From assembly GCA_027623775.1 (NCBI GenBank), contig JAQBUY010000001.1, positions 4,781 to 68,780 on the forward strand: DNA of 64,000 nt, written 5' to 3'. Positions 1 to 10,489 of this stretch are shown one piece after another. The position numbers and the translations under genes were made by a program. The notes beneath the pieces were generated by a model, which made no database searches, was not told the DNA's origin, and worked only from the letters and a program-made list of their open reading frames with translations. Every line of letters starts with the position of its first letter. Position 1 is the stretch's first letter. The stretch is from Pseudomonadota bacterium (GTDB taxonomy: Bacteria; Pseudomonadota; Alphaproteobacteria; HIMB59).

Positions 1-1041
1 ATTAGAAATGCTTCATTTAGCAAGTTGATCAAAAATAACTTTGATGAAACCTTTAAAGATTATTCTAAAGATGAAATCAAACAAATAAAAAAATTGTTTT
101 ATAGGAAAATAGACATTGAGCTTAAAAATTTTCTTATCAGCAACCCTGAATTTTTAAATAAAACTACAAAAGTAGAATTAACAGCCTCAACACATATTGA
201 TCAAATCCATAAAGGAAATTTTGACAGATCTGTTCAAGAAAAACATAGAAAAGTTAATAATTTCCAATTAGAAATTTATGATAAATTTGTAGAAGACCAA
301 AAAGTTAAAAAAGTTTGGAATTCAACTTACTTTACTTCTGGGGACTCAAGAGATCCAGAATCGGCTGGTGTGGCAGGTTCTGTAATGGGCTCAGTATTTA
401 CTATATTAATTTGCTTTTTATTAAGTTTTCCTATTGCTATTTTTGCCTCAATTTATCTTCAAGAATTTGCAAAAACCGGAAAAATAACGGATTTGATTGA
501 AATTAACATAAATAATTTAGCTGCAGTGCCTTCTATAATTTTTGGACTACTTGGTCTTGGCATACTATTGAATTTTTTTGGATTGCCCAGGTCTACAGCT
601 TTAGTCGGAGGTATCGTTTTATCTTTTATGACACTTCCAACAATAATTGTGGCATGTCGATCCTCTCTTCGTGCAGTTCCCCCATCAATAAGAGAGGCAG
701 CTTTAGCTCTTGGAGCAACGAAAAATCAAGTTGTGTTTCATCATGTCTTACCTTTAGCTATGCCGGGAACTCTTACAGGTGCGATTATAGGCTTAGCTAG
801 AGCAATTGGTGAAACGGCTCCTCTATTGATGATTGGTATGGTTGCATTTATAATGGATATTCCTTCTAATCCTCTTGAGCCAGCAGTAGGCATGCCTGCA
901 CAAATATATTTATGGTCTGAAAGCTCTGAGAGAGGATTTATAGAAAAAACTTCCTCTGCCATAATATTATTATTAATTTTTTTGATTGTAGTTAATTTTG
1001 TATCAGTCTACTTTAGAAAAAAATATGAAAAAAAATGGTAA
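1..1041 (+). CDS. pstA: Phosphate ABC transporter permease PstA (5' end outside window)
   Basis: Frame is open from base 1; [23 protein letters not shown] and [10 protein letters not shown] motifs; precedes pstB. Confidence 0.95.
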   Translation: MRNASFSKLIKNNFDETFKDYSKDEIKQIKKLFYRKIDIELKNFLISNPEFLNKTTKVELTASTHIDQIHKGNFDRSVQEKHRKVNNFQLEIYDKFVEDQKVKKVWNSTYFTSGDSRDPESAGVAGSVMGSVFTILICFLLSFPIAIFASIYLQEFAKTGKITDLIEININNLAAVPSIIFGLLGLGILLNFFGLPRSTALVGGIVLSFMTLPTIIVACRSSLRAVPPSIREAALALGATKNQVVFHHVLPLAMPGTLTGAIIGLARAIGETAPLLMIGMVAFIMDIPSNPLEPAVGMPAQIYLWSESSERGFIEKTSSAIILLLIFLIVVNFVSVYFRKKYEKKW

Positions 1042-1793
1042 ACGCAATTAATACAAAAAACCTTAATGTCTACTATAGAGATCAACAGGCAATTCATAAT
1101 ATTAGTTTAGATTTTCTTAAAAATAAAGTTACGGCTCTTATAGGGCCATCTGGTTGTGGTAAGTCTACTTTTCTTAGATGTCTCAATAGGATGAATGATG
1201 TAATTGATATTTGTAGAGTTGAAGGAAATATTTCTCTAAATGGTATAGATATTTATAGTAAGGAAATAGAAGTTGAGTATTTAAGAGAAAAAATTGGAAT
1301 GATTTTCCAAAAGCCAAATCCTTTTCCAAAGTCCATTTATGACAATGTTGCTTATGGACCTAGAATTCATGGCTTTACTGATAAAAAAGAAGAAATGGAT
1401 TTAATAGTTGAAACATCATTAAAAAAAGCAGGTCTCTTTGAGGAAGTCAAAGATAGGCTTGAGGACATGGGTACCAGTTTGTCTGGAGGTCAACAACAGC
1501 GTTTGTGTATTGCGAGGGCAATAGCCATTAAGCCAGAAGTAATTTTAATGGATGAGCCATGTTCTGCTTTAGATCCAATTGCTACTTCTATCATTGAGGA
1601 GCTAATCACGGATCTTAAAAAAAGTTATACAATTATAATAGTAACTCACTCGATGCAACAAGCTGCAAGAGTTTCTGATAAAACTGCTTTTTTTCACTTA
1701 GGGAATTTGATTGAAGAAGGAGACACTTCTAAAATATTTACAAAACCTGATCATCAAAAAACTAACGATTATATTACAGGGAGGTTCGGATAA
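1035..1793 (+). CDS. pstB: Phosphate ABC transporter ATPase PstB
   Basis: [33 protein letters not shown]-terminal YITGRFG. Confidence 0.97.
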   Translation: MVNAINTKNLNVYYRDQQAIHNISLDFLKNKVTALIGPSGCGKSTFLRCLNRMNDVIDICRVEGNISLNGIDIYSKEIEVEYLREKIGMIFQKPNPFPKSIYDNVAYGPRIHGFTDKKEEMDLIVETSLKKAGLFEEVKDRLEDMGTSLSGGQQQRLCIARAIAIKPEVILMDEPCSALDPIATSIIEELITDLKKSYTIIIVTHSMQQAARVSDKTAFFHLGNLIEEGDTSKIFTKPDHQKTNDYITGRFG

Positions 1794-1794
1794 A

Positions 1795-2451
1795 ATGAAA
1801 CATGCAGATAAATTCTATGAAACACAATTAAATTCTATTAATGAAAAACTTGTCAAAATGGGATCTCTTTTAGAAAAACAATTTACCAGTGCATTAGAGG
1901 TCTTAGATACCAGAGATGAACAATTAGCACAAAAAGTAGTAGATAATGATCATGAAATTAATCAACTAAATCATGAAATTAGTGATTTCGTTTTCCAAAT
2001 AATAGCTATGAGACAACCTATAGCCGATGATTTAAGATTTTTATTTTGTACAATAAAAATTATTAGAGATTTAGAGAGAATAGGAGATCACATAACAAGT
2101 ATTGCGAAAAAAGCTACTCGAGTAAGTAAAAATATACCATCAGAATTTACTGAAAAATTATTAAATCTTGGAAAGCAGGCTTCAATGATGACTCATGATG
2201 CATTAAATTGTTTATTTGAAAAGCGTTTATCTCAGGTAGCTAAAATAGCTAAAAGAGATGACCTAATTGATGAATTACATGGAGAATTTATCTCTGATGT
2301 TTTGGCATATATGAAAAAACATGATGACTTTATCCCTGACTCTCTCTCTTTAATACAAATGTCTAAGGCTATAGAGAGAGTTGGTGACCACATAACAAAT
2401 ATAATGGAAGAGGTTCACTTTTTAATTGAAGGTCAATATTCCAGTGATTAA
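1795..2451 (+). CDS. phoU: Phosphate signalling protein PhoU
   Basis: Two ERIGDH/ERVGDH repeats; ATG at 1795 lies just after the pstB stop. Confidence 0.93.
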   Translation: MKHADKFYETQLNSINEKLVKMGSLLEKQFTSALEVLDTRDEQLAQKVVDNDHEINQLNHEISDFVFQIIAMRQPIADDLRFLFCTIKIIRDLERIGDHITSIAKKATRVSKNIPSEFTEKLLNLGKQASMMTHDALNCLFEKRLSQVAKIAKRDDLIDELHGEFISDVLAYMKKHDDFIPDSLSLIQMSKAIERVGDHITNIMEEVHFLIEGQYSSD

Positions 2452-2455
2452 ATAA

Positions 2456-3148
2456 TTGAATAGTAAAATATTAGTAGTAGAAGATGAGGTCAGTATTGCA
2501 GAACTCATTAAGCTTCACTTAAATAGAAATAACTTTGAATGTTTGCTGGTCCATGATGGGGATGATGTACTCCCTACTATAGAAAGTTATATACCTGATT
2601 TGATTATTCTTGATTGGATGATCCCAAATATATCTGGCCTAGAGGTTCTCAAGAGAATTAAAATGAAATCAGAATATATTGAATTACCTATATTAATGCT
2701 GACAGCAAAAAATGCTGAGCAAGATAAAATATTAGGTTTTGAAAATGGAGTCGATGATTATCTAGCGAAGCCATTTATTCCTAGTGAATTGATCGCAAGA
2801 GTAAAGGCTATATTAAAAAGAACTCAGAAAAAAGAAAACCGCTCTGACTTAATTAAATTCGAAGATATATCAATTGACACAAATCAAAGAAGGGCATTTC
2901 GCAATAATAGGAAATTAAATTTAGGTCCGACAGAATTTAATATTCTTTTGTTTTTTATTCAAAACAAACAAAGAGTATTTTCAAGAGATTATATTCTAAA
3001 TAAGATATGGCCTCACGATGTTAATGTTGAACCAAGAACCATTGATGTCCATATTAGAAGACTAAGAAAAGAACTAAATACGAATGGTGAAAAGGATTTT
3101 ATAAGAACTGTTAGGTCCGCAGGCTATTCAATCGATAATGATATTTAA
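2456..3148 (+). CDS. phoB: Phosphate regulon response regulator PhoB
   Basis: LDWMIP receiver domain; LGPTEF, RTIDVHIRRLRK and IRTVRSAGY winged helix; follows phoU. Confidence 0.93.
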   Translation: MNSKILVVEDEVSIAELIKLHLNRNNFECLLVHDGDDVLPTIESYIPDLIILDWMIPNISGLEVLKRIKMKSEYIELPILMLTAKNAEQDKILGFENGVDDYLAKPFIPSELIARVKAILKRTQKKENRSDLIKFEDISIDTNQRRAFRNNRKLNLGPTEFNILLFFIQNKQRVFSRDYILNKIWPHDVNVEPRTIDVHIRRLRKELNTNGEKDFIRTVRSAGYSIDNDI

Positions 3149-3155
3149 GCTATAA

Positions 3156-3662
3156 TTAGTCTATTTTATTAATTTCAATAAGTTTATTTTTTAATCTTGT
3201 TTGATCAAATTCTTCTAACCTCAGATTAACAAACCGAACAATTTTATTTTTTAAAATTTTATAACTATTTAAATAAGCATTCATAACCTCTTTTTCAGTT
3301 CCACCAGTTGATGATGGATCTTCAACTCCCCAATTTGTTGAAATAGAGTGACCTGGCCAAATGGGGCAAGCTTCTTTTGCTGCTGAATGGCAAACAGTAA
3401 AAATAAAATCAATTTTTGGTGAATTTAAGTGTGCAAATTCATTCCAATTTTTAGACCTTAGGTAGTCAGTTTCATAACCTTGTGACTTTAAAAACTTAAT
3501 GGCATTTGAATTTATCATTGATTTTGGTGAGCTACCAGCACTAAATGCCACAAATTTATTTTTCCAAATTTTATTTAATATTGCTTCTGCAATTATAGAT
3601 CTAGCAGAATTATGAGTGCATATAAATAAAACATTTTTAATTATATCATTCATCATAAACAT
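3156..3662 (-). CDS. arsC: Arsenate reductase ArsC, LMW-PTP (thioredoxin-coupled) family
   Basis: CTHNSARS P-loop, VCHSAAKEACPIWPG, WGVEDP. Confidence 0.85.
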   Translation of the reverse strand: MFMMNDIIKNVLFICTHNSARSIIAEAILNKIWKNKFVAFSAGSSPKSMINSNAIKFLKSQGYETDYLRSKNWNEFAHLNSPKIDFIFTVCHSAAKEACPIWPGHSISTNWGVEDPSSTGGTEKEVMNAYLNSYKILKNKIVRFVNLRLEEFDQTRLKNKLIEINKID

Positions 3663-3708
3663 AATTATTTAATTACACTAAAATAGAAATTGTTGTGTTA
3701 AATATTTA

Positions 3709-4212
3709 TTAAATTTTTTTCTTCTTTTTTTCTTCTAGTTTTTTTTTAACTCGCCATCTTAAATTACTTCTAACGATATAGCCTAAGCAGTTTTTTGAAC
3801 TACATCTACAGGGGTGCTCTTCAAAGCTATCCATGTCATAACCATAATCGTAAGTTAATTCTTCACCTTTTTTGATGTCTTTTATGGCACTTATCCATAT
3901 CCGTCCTCGTAGAATATCAGTTTCACAATTAGGGTCGCATGAGTGATTAATATATTTTGCTATATTCCATGGAACTTTACCGTTGATGTCATGAGTTTTA
4001 TTAAGAGTAAAGATATAGACCGCACCGTTTGTTCCTGCTTTCTTATTTGCTTCAATATGAACATCTGCAATTAAATCCGATTTAGATTTTGTTAATTTGT
4101 CTCCAACATATTCAATAATTCTATCACCTGATTGAATATCAAATTTTGCAAAAAGACCAGATGAGTGGATAGATGAATTTTTTTTTTGATATAATTTTTT
4201 TTCTTTATCCAT
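3709..4212 (-). CDS. SET-domain protein-lysine methyltransferase with post-SET motif
   Basis: SSIHSSGLFA, YINHSCDPNC, EELTYDY, CRCSSKNC; start uncertain (4212-4254). Confidence 0.9.
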   Translation of the reverse strand: MDKEKKLYQKKNSSIHSSGLFAKFDIQSGDRIIEYVGDKLTKSKSDLIADVHIEANKKAGTNGAVYIFTLNKTHDINGKVPWNIAKYINHSCDPNCETDILRGRIWISAIKDIKKGEELTYDYGYDMDSFEEHPCRCSSKNCLGYIVRSNLRWRVKKKLEEKKKKKI

Positions 4213-4312
4213 AATTTGCGAATGGTATACTGGCATATGTGATCTATAAATCAAAGTAAATCTTTATCTGAAAATTTTAAGAGATATTTAAATTTTATGA
4301 TATTATTACTCA

Positions 4313-4786
4313 TTGAATTTTTCTTTAAATATTCACGAGCCCGTTAAATGGATTATCGAAAATAGTTTTGATATTGATTTAAAATGGAATAAAAAACAAA
4401 TAGAAGAACATTTCAGTAATAAAAAAAGTTTTAATATATTTTATAAGGATGAAAATGTTCTTAGGGGCGTTATTCTTGCCCATGAAATTTTTGATGATAA
4501 TCGAAATTATGAATGTGAAATCCTACATTTAGGAGTGATGAAAAATTATCGAAAAATGGGAGTAGGTTTTCAATTAATGCAATTTTTAGAAAAAAAAATC
4601 TGTTTAAATGAAAAAATTACCAGTATTTTTCTTGAGGTAAGCAAACAAAATAAAATTGCTATTAAACTTTATCAGAAATTAGGCTATAAACCTTATAGGG
4701 AAAGAAAAAATTACTATAAAAACTTGTTAGATATCAATGCTATTGGCGAGAGCGCTATTCTGCTTAAAAAAATTATAAATGAATAA
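4313..4786 (+). CDS. rimI: RimI-like GNAT acetyltransferase
   Basis: YRKMGVG, FLEVSKQN, AIKLYQKLGY, RKNYY; upstream of miaB. Confidence 0.8.
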   Translation: MNFSLNIHEPVKWIIENSFDIDLKWNKKQIEEHFSNKKSFNIFYKDENVLRGVILAHEIFDDNRNYECEILHLGVMKNYRKMGVGFQLMQFLEKKICLNEKITSIFLEVSKQNKIAIKLYQKLGYKPYRERKNYYKNLLDINAIGESAILLKKIINE

Positions 4787-6095
4787 TACAAAAAGTTTTT
4801 TTATTAAGTCCTTTGGCTGTCAGATGAATGTTTATGATTCTGATAAAATGAAAGATATTTTTATATCTCATGGACTTAGTCCCACTGATGATTACCAGGC
4901 GGCGGACTACATAGTTTTAAATACATGCCATATTAGAGAAAAAGCTACCGAAAAAACTTATTCGGATTTGGGCCGTGTTCATAAAAAAGGAAAAACTGAT
5001 CATAAGATTATTGTAGCTGGGTGCGTAGCTCAAGCTGAAGGAGATCTCATCCAACTAAGAGCTCCTTATGTAGATTTAGTTTTAGGACCTCAATCATTAC
5101 AGCTCTTAGATACTTACTTATCAGGACCAAATCCTCATTTAAAAACAATTACTGAGTTTGATGCCATTGATAAGTTTGATACTCTGAAAAGATTCAAGAC
5201 AAACAATCATTCTAAATCATCTTTTGTAACCATTCAGGAAGGCTGTGATAAATTTTGCACTTTCTGTGTTGTCCCTTATACAAGAGGTAGTGAATATTCC
5301 AGGAGCATCCCTGAAATTATAGAAGAAATAAAAAAGTTAATTGATCAGGGTGTGATTGAAGTGACTTTACTAGGCCAAAATGTAAATGCCTATCATGGAC
5401 CAGATGAAACAGGAAAAGAGAGAGGACTTAGTTATCTTATTAACAAAATTTCAGAATTAGATTCAATTAAACGTATTGCTTATTCAACAAGTCACCCTAA
5501 TAATATGACAGACGATCTCATCGAACTTCATGGTAACAATACAAAACTTATGTCTTGTCTACATTTGCCCGTACAGTCTGGCTCTAATAAAATTTTAAAA
5601 TTAATGAATAGAAAGCATACAAGAGAATTGTATTTTGAAATTATCGAAAAACTTAGAAAGCATAAAACGAATATTGCACTTTCTTCTGATTTTATTGTGG
5701 GTTTTCCAGGTGAAGACGAGAAAGACTTTACAGATACAATAGACCTTATCAATCAAGTAGGTTTCATGAATTCTTTTTCTTTTAAATATAGTCCTCGTCC
5801 AGGCACACCCGCAGCAGATAAGAAACAATTACCATTAAAAGTTCAAGAAGATCGATTAAAAATAATGCAAACTCTTCTTAATCAACAGGAGATAGATTTT
5901 AATAAAAAATTTCTTTCAAAAAGAGTGGAAGTTCTTATTAGTAGCTCTGGAAAATATAAGGGACAAGTTAAAGGTAAATCTGAATTTAATCAAAGTGTTG
6001 CAATACCAGGAAATCCTAATATTATTGGTAATATTGTATCTGTGCAGATCACTGACATATCAGTCCATTCCCTTATTGGAAAAGCAGAAATTTGA
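4779..6095 (+). CDS. miaB: tRNA methylthiotransferase MiaB
   Basis: GCQMNVYDS, NTCHIREKA, radical-SAM CDKFCTFC. Confidence 0.97.
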   Translation: MNNTKSFFIKSFGCQMNVYDSDKMKDIFISHGLSPTDDYQAADYIVLNTCHIREKATEKTYSDLGRVHKKGKTDHKIIVAGCVAQAEGDLIQLRAPYVDLVLGPQSLQLLDTYLSGPNPHLKTITEFDAIDKFDTLKRFKTNNHSKSSFVTIQEGCDKFCTFCVVPYTRGSEYSRSIPEIIEEIKKLIDQGVIEVTLLGQNVNAYHGPDETGKERGLSYLINKISELDSIKRIAYSTSHPNNMTDDLIELHGNNTKLMSCLHLPVQSGSNKILKLMNRKHTRELYFEIIEKLRKHKTNIALSSDFIVGFPGEDEKDFTDTIDLINQVGFMNSFSFKYSPRPGTPAADKKQLPLKVQEDRLKIMQTLLNQQEIDFNKKFLSKRVEVLISSSGKYKGQVKGKSEFNQSVAIPGNPNIIGNIVSVQITDISVHSLIGKAEI

Positions 6096-7048
6096 ATATA
6101 GTTAATCCTAGTTTACATCAGAAACAGTTAGAATTTGAGGATAATCAATTCTTAGTATCATTGTTTGGTTCTCATGATAAAAACCTAAAAGTTCTTGAGG
6201 AAAAATTTCAGGTGAAACTCTACAATCGAGGAAATTTATTATCAATTAAAGGTAAAAGAGATCCCGTAGAAAAAGCCTACTTTATTATAGAAGGTCTTTA
6301 TAACCGTTTAAAAAATAAAAATATGTCTCAAGAAGATTTAGAACAAAATATTGATTTGGCTAAACCGGATTATATTAAAGAGCAAATCGAGCAAGATAAT
6401 AAGTATATGATAGCTACAAAGTCTAAAGCTATTTACCCTAAAACAAAAAACCAAGAAAAATTAATTCGAGAACTGCAAACAAAAGATATAGTTTTTGCAA
6501 TAGGTCCTGCTGGAACTGGCAAAACTTATTTAGCTGTCGCTTATGGCGTGAGCTTATTTGTTCAAGGTAAAATCAACAGACTTATTCTTTCTCGACCGGC
6601 AGTAGAGGCGGGTGAAAGATTGGGTTTTTTACCGGGTGATATGAAAGAAAAAATTGATCCTTACTTAAGACCTCTTTATGATTCTTTATATGAAATGATG
6701 CCTGGAGAAGAAGTAGACCGCAGAGTTTTAAATAATGCTATTGAAATTGCGCCTCTAGCTTTTATGCGAGGAAGAACTCTAAATAAATCATTTATCATTT
6801 TAGATGAAGCTCAAAATACACTCCCAACACAAATGAAAATGTTTCTTACAAGATTAGGAAAAGATAGTAAGATGGTTATCACAGGAGATCTAAGTCAAAA
6901 GGATCTTCCTGATAATGTAAAAAGTGGAATGTTGGATGCAATAGAGAAGTTAGAAAAAGTTAAAGACATAGGCTTTGTTCATTTAAATAGTAGTGACGTC
7001 TGTCGTCATGGATTAGTAGAAAAAATAATTAACGCCTACGATAAGTAA
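6092..7048 (+). CDS. phoH: PhoH-like ATPase (YbeZ)
   Basis: GPAGTGKT, RPAVEAGERLGFLPGD, MRGRTL. Confidence 0.95.
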   Translation: MNIVNPSLHQKQLEFEDNQFLVSLFGSHDKNLKVLEEKFQVKLYNRGNLLSIKGKRDPVEKAYFIIEGLYNRLKNKNMSQEDLEQNIDLAKPDYIKEQIEQDNKYMIATKSKAIYPKTKNQEKLIRELQTKDIVFAIGPAGTGKTYLAVAYGVSLFVQGKINRLILSRPAVEAGERLGFLPGDMKEKIDPYLRPLYDSLYEMMPGEEVDRRVLNNAIEIAPLAFMRGRTLNKSFIILDEAQNTLPTQMKMFLTRLGKDSKMVITGDLSQKDLPDNVKSGMLDAIEKLEKVKDIGFVHLNSSDVCRHGLVEKIINAYDK

Positions 7049-7057
7049 AATATTATA

Positions 7058-7504
7058 TTGAAAATAAAAAATAAAAATCTAGAGATTTCTTTTATAGGTG
7101 ATAAAAAATTTAAAGAATTTTTTCAGAAATCAAAAAAACAATTAAATGTTTTAATGACTTATTTCCAGTCATTACACCATATAGAAGGATTTTCAGAAAT
7201 TTGCGTTAAAATTGTTAGCGATCAAGAAATTAAACTTTTAAATAAAAACTTTAGAAATAAAAATAAAATTACAGACGTAATTTCCTTTGGAGATATTGGC
7301 TTTTCAGGAGATATTGCAATAACGGAAAGCTACATAAAAATGAATAGTAAATACTCATCACAGAATTTTTTTATGTTATTAGTTCACGGAATGCTTCATT
7401 TATTTGGATATAGCCACTATGATAGAAATAATCGAGAAACTATGAGAATGCTAGAAAATATTTGTATGACGAATTTAGGTCTCAAAAAAACCCATGAAAT
7501 TTAA
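7058..7504 (+). CDS. ybeY: rRNA maturation RNase YbeY
   Basis: TDVISF, GDI, HGMLHLFGYSH; conserved synteny. Confidence 0.9.
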   Translation: MKIKNKNLEISFIGDKKFKEFFQKSKKQLNVLMTYFQSLHHIEGFSEICVKIVSDQEIKLLNKNFRNKNKITDVISFGDIGFSGDIAITESYIKMNSKYSSQNFFMLLVHGMLHLFGYSHYDRNNRETMRMLENICMTNLGLKKTHEI

Positions 7505-8321
7505 AAAAAATATTACTCTTAAATTGTTAAAAGATCTCATCAAAGATGATACTTTTAAATCTGAACTGATTAATATTATTTCTGCTACCTCTGATACATC
7601 GGGAGCCGCTAAAACCGAAGAAAGAAAAATTTTCAATAATTTATTAAACGTTCATAAAAAAATAGTTGATGACGTGATGGTTCCCAGAGGAGAAATTGTC
7701 TTTATTGATGAAAATATTACTAAAGAAAAACTCATCAAGATCATTAATAAAGAAGCCCACTCAAGAATGCCAGTTGTTAAAGGAGATTTAGATAACTGTC
7801 TCGGCATGGTGCATATTAAAGATTTATTCAAAAAAATTAATTTGAAGTCCTTTAAGATACAATCCTTAATGAGAGAGGTAATTTATATACCGTCTACAAC
7901 GCCAGTTTTTCATTTATTACAAAAAATGAAAAAGCAAAATACGCATTTAGCGATAGTAATCGACGAATATAGTAGTGTGACAGGTCTGATAACGATTGAA
8001 GATTTAGTAGAAGAAATTATTGGAGAAATAGAAGATGAACATGATAGTGAAGAAGAACCCCTTTTTCATGTTGTGAATAAAAGAATGATTATGGATGCAG
8101 CAATGCTTATTGATGATTTTGAAAGAGAATTTAATACACAAATTCCTGAAAACTTAAAAGAGGATGTGGGCACTATAGGAGGTATTATTTTCAATTTAGC
8201 TGGCCGTGTACCAAAAAAAGATGAGAAATTTAAAATTAATAAAAAGTTATCTTTTACTATATATAAAGCATCTTCTAGAAAAATTTTAGAAGTTGTTGTT
8301 CACGGCGTGAAAGCTAAGTAG
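7494..8321 (+). CDS. corC: CBS/CorC-HlyC domain protein (YbeX/CorC)
   Basis: MVPR, HSRMPV, IDEY..VTGLITIEDLVEEIIGEIEDEHD. Confidence 0.9.
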   Translation: MKFKKNITLKLLKDLIKDDTFKSELINIISATSDTSGAAKTEERKIFNNLLNVHKKIVDDVMVPRGEIVFIDENITKEKLIKIINKEAHSRMPVVKGDLDNCLGMVHIKDLFKKINLKSFKIQSLMREVIYIPSTTPVFHLLQKMKKQNTHLAIVIDEYSSVTGLITIEDLVEEIIGEIEDEHDSEEEPLFHVVNKRMIMDAAMLIDDFEREFNTQIPENLKEDVGTIGGIIFNLAGRVPKKDEKFKINKKLSFTIYKASSRKILEVVVHGVKAK

Positions 8322-8322
8322 T

Positions 8323-9813
8323 GTGCTCTCTACCAATCGATATTTATTTGTATTAGTACTATTATCATCAGTCTTTTATTGTTTATCTCTCCCACCTTTT
8401 TCGCTATCTCCTCTATATTTAGTTTCTTTTGCACTCATCTTTTACAACTATTTAAGTAATAAAAATTTTAACTTAAAATTTCTTTATCTATACTTCTTAC
8501 TCAATTATTTCATTTCTCTTATTTGGATATCTAAATCATTCCAAACTGGTGGGATAATTTACATCTTGCTAGGTTTCATGATGGTATTTTTGTTATCTAA
8601 TGTATTGGCTTTATTAAATGTAATGGTTATAGGTTTTCTTAATAAAATTATTAAAAAAATAAATCTAAAAATTATTCTCATTCCTCTTTCTTTAACCTTA
8701 GTGGCCATGATGAAAGAATTTTTATTAGGAGGTTTCCCTTGGAATCCATCTTCCATTATATGGGTTAATAATTTATATATTTTAAAAATAATACAGATGA
8801 TGGGCATTTATGGTTTAGGGATTATTACACACTTGACCATTGCCCTTGCTCTTTATGCAATGCTTAATAGGAATAAAATTATCATAGTGTTATCTATCTT
8901 TTTGGTTTGTGGTACCTACGGATTGCAATTTTTACCAATAAACATAAACGACGATAAAGTTTTAAATGAAAATTCTGACTTTTTGTCAGTTCTAATCATT
9001 CAGCCAAATATCAAAGACTCATTGGTTAATGTTTCTAGTATTGAGAAATTAGAAATTTACGAAAAGCTTACAAGGAAAGGATTACAGAATTTTCCAAAAT
9101 CTGACCTTATCATTTGGCCAGAAGGGTCATTAAGTATGGATCTTAATAATAAAAAAGTCCTATTAAAAAGAATAGGCAACTTGATTTCTGGTCAGCAAAA
9201 AATTATTTTAGGAGCTGTTGCCCTTGAAGATATGAAATTATTTAATCGCATGTATCTTATTGGTAGTAACGGTAATGTAGAACAATATTATGATAAAAGA
9301 AAACTTGTACTTTTTGGAGAGTATATCCCTTTTAAGAACTCTAAAATTAGTAAATTTTTAGATAGAGGATTAAGTTTTTCTAAAGGGGAAAGAGATAATA
9401 ATATTAACTTACCTAAGAACTTTAATGTAAGTCCTATGATTTGTTTTGAATCAATTTTTGATTCTTCTCAAATTAAAAGTAATCTTTGCAAAACAGATTT
9501 TATTCTTCAAATCTCAAATGATTCATGGTTTGGTAATTATTTTGGCCCTAGCCAGCATTTTAAAAATTCACTTTTAAGAAGTGTTGAACAAAAAATGATC
9601 TTAGTGAGATCTACTCCTTCGGGTATCTCATCAATAATTAATTTTAATGGTGAAATTATGCAAAAAATTGATAGTAATCAATCAGGCTTTATAAATTACA
9701 ATATTTTTAAATCTCCTATAATTAAAGAATGCAAACCATTTTTAAAAATAACAATTATCTTATTATTATTAATTTATATTTTTGGAATAGCTTATGATCG
9801 AATCAGAAAGTAG
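8323..9813 (+). CDS. lnt: Apolipoprotein N-acyltransferase
   Basis: GFPW, QPNI, WPE, YDK..LV.FGEY, ICFES, SNDSWFG. Confidence 0.95.
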   Translation: MLSTNRYLFVLVLLSSVFYCLSLPPFSLSPLYLVSFALIFYNYLSNKNFNLKFLYLYFLLNYFISLIWISKSFQTGGIIYILLGFMMVFLLSNVLALLNVMVIGFLNKIIKKINLKIILIPLSLTLVAMMKEFLLGGFPWNPSSIIWVNNLYILKIIQMMGIYGLGIITHLTIALALYAMLNRNKIIIVLSIFLVCGTYGLQFLPININDDKVLNENSDFLSVLIIQPNIKDSLVNVSSIEKLEIYEKLTRKGLQNFPKSDLIIWPEGSLSMDLNNKKVLLKRIGNLISGQQKIILGAVALEDMKLFNRMYLIGSNGNVEQYYDKRKLVLFGEYIPFKNSKISKFLDRGLSFSKGERDNNINLPKNFNVSPMICFESIFDSSQIKSNLCKTDFILQISNDSWFGNYFGPSQHFKNSLLRSVEQKMILVRSTPSGISSIINFNGEIMQKIDSNQSGFINYNIFKSPIIKECKPFLKITIILLLLIYIFGIAYDRIRK

Positions 9814-10441
9814 ATACTTCGGAAGAAAGCAAGGCAAGTCTTTTCAAAGATTGTCACGTTTTCAAAATTTATTATTTAAACCTTCCAAATTATTTTTTCA
9901 AAAAATCATTAATCAAACACTAGTTCTAGAAATAGGAATAGGCGACGGAATTAAAATATCCAAGGATGCGTTTAGTAATTCAAAAAAAACTTTTATTGGA
10001 TGTGATATTTTTATGGATGGAATATTACGTGCCGCTCGTCATCAATCAGAAAATAATCTTAAAAATTTATTTGTTTTTCGTAATAATGTTCAAGACCTCA
10101 TTCCTTATCTTCCAGATCATTCTTTAGATAATGTAAGAATTTATTTTCCTGACCCTTGGCCGAAAGCACGTCATAAAAAAAGAAGAACCTTTAATGAAGA
10201 TCTCCTAAAACAACTTCTTCGAGTGATGAAGCCTGGCTCATGTTTAGATTTTGCTAGTGATCATGGAGACTATTTCTTAGATTCGATGATTTTAGTTTCT
10301 AAATTTGACTTTAAAATCCAAGGAAATACTCCAAATATGTGGCAATATAGCATTTTTAACGCTATTGGCACTAAATATGAGAAAAAAGCCTTAGACAAAA
10401 ATAGTAAATTATTCTATTTTAGCGTTCTTAAAAGTAATTAA
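9794..10441 (+). CDS. trmB: tRNA (guanine-N7) methyltransferase TrmB
   Basis: LEIGIGDG, FPDPWPKARHKKRR, TKYEKKA. Confidence 0.95.
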   Translation: MIESESRYFGRKQGKSFQRLSRFQNLLFKPSKLFFQKIINQTLVLEIGIGDGIKISKDAFSNSKKTFIGCDIFMDGILRAARHQSENNLKNLFVFRNNVQDLIPYLPDHSLDNVRIYFPDPWPKARHKKRRTFNEDLLKQLLRVMKPGSCLDFASDHGDYFLDSMILVSKFDFKIQGNTPNMWQYSIFNAIGTKYEKKALDKNSKLFYFSVLKSN

Positions 10442-10445
10442 CCAT

Positions 10446-10472
10446 AAGGTGGGTTAGCCCGCCTTTTTTTTT
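10446..10472 (+). terminator. Hairpin plus U-tract upstream of nusA (attenuator/terminator, rimP-leader-like)
   Basis: AAGGTGGG-ttag-CCCGCCTT followed by a T run. Confidence 0.75.
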
Positions 10473-10489
10473 AACAAGAATTTATAAAC

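Noticed and set aside
1711-1794. PhoU N-terminal extension
   Set aside because: Overlaps pstB; the ATG at 1795 fits better
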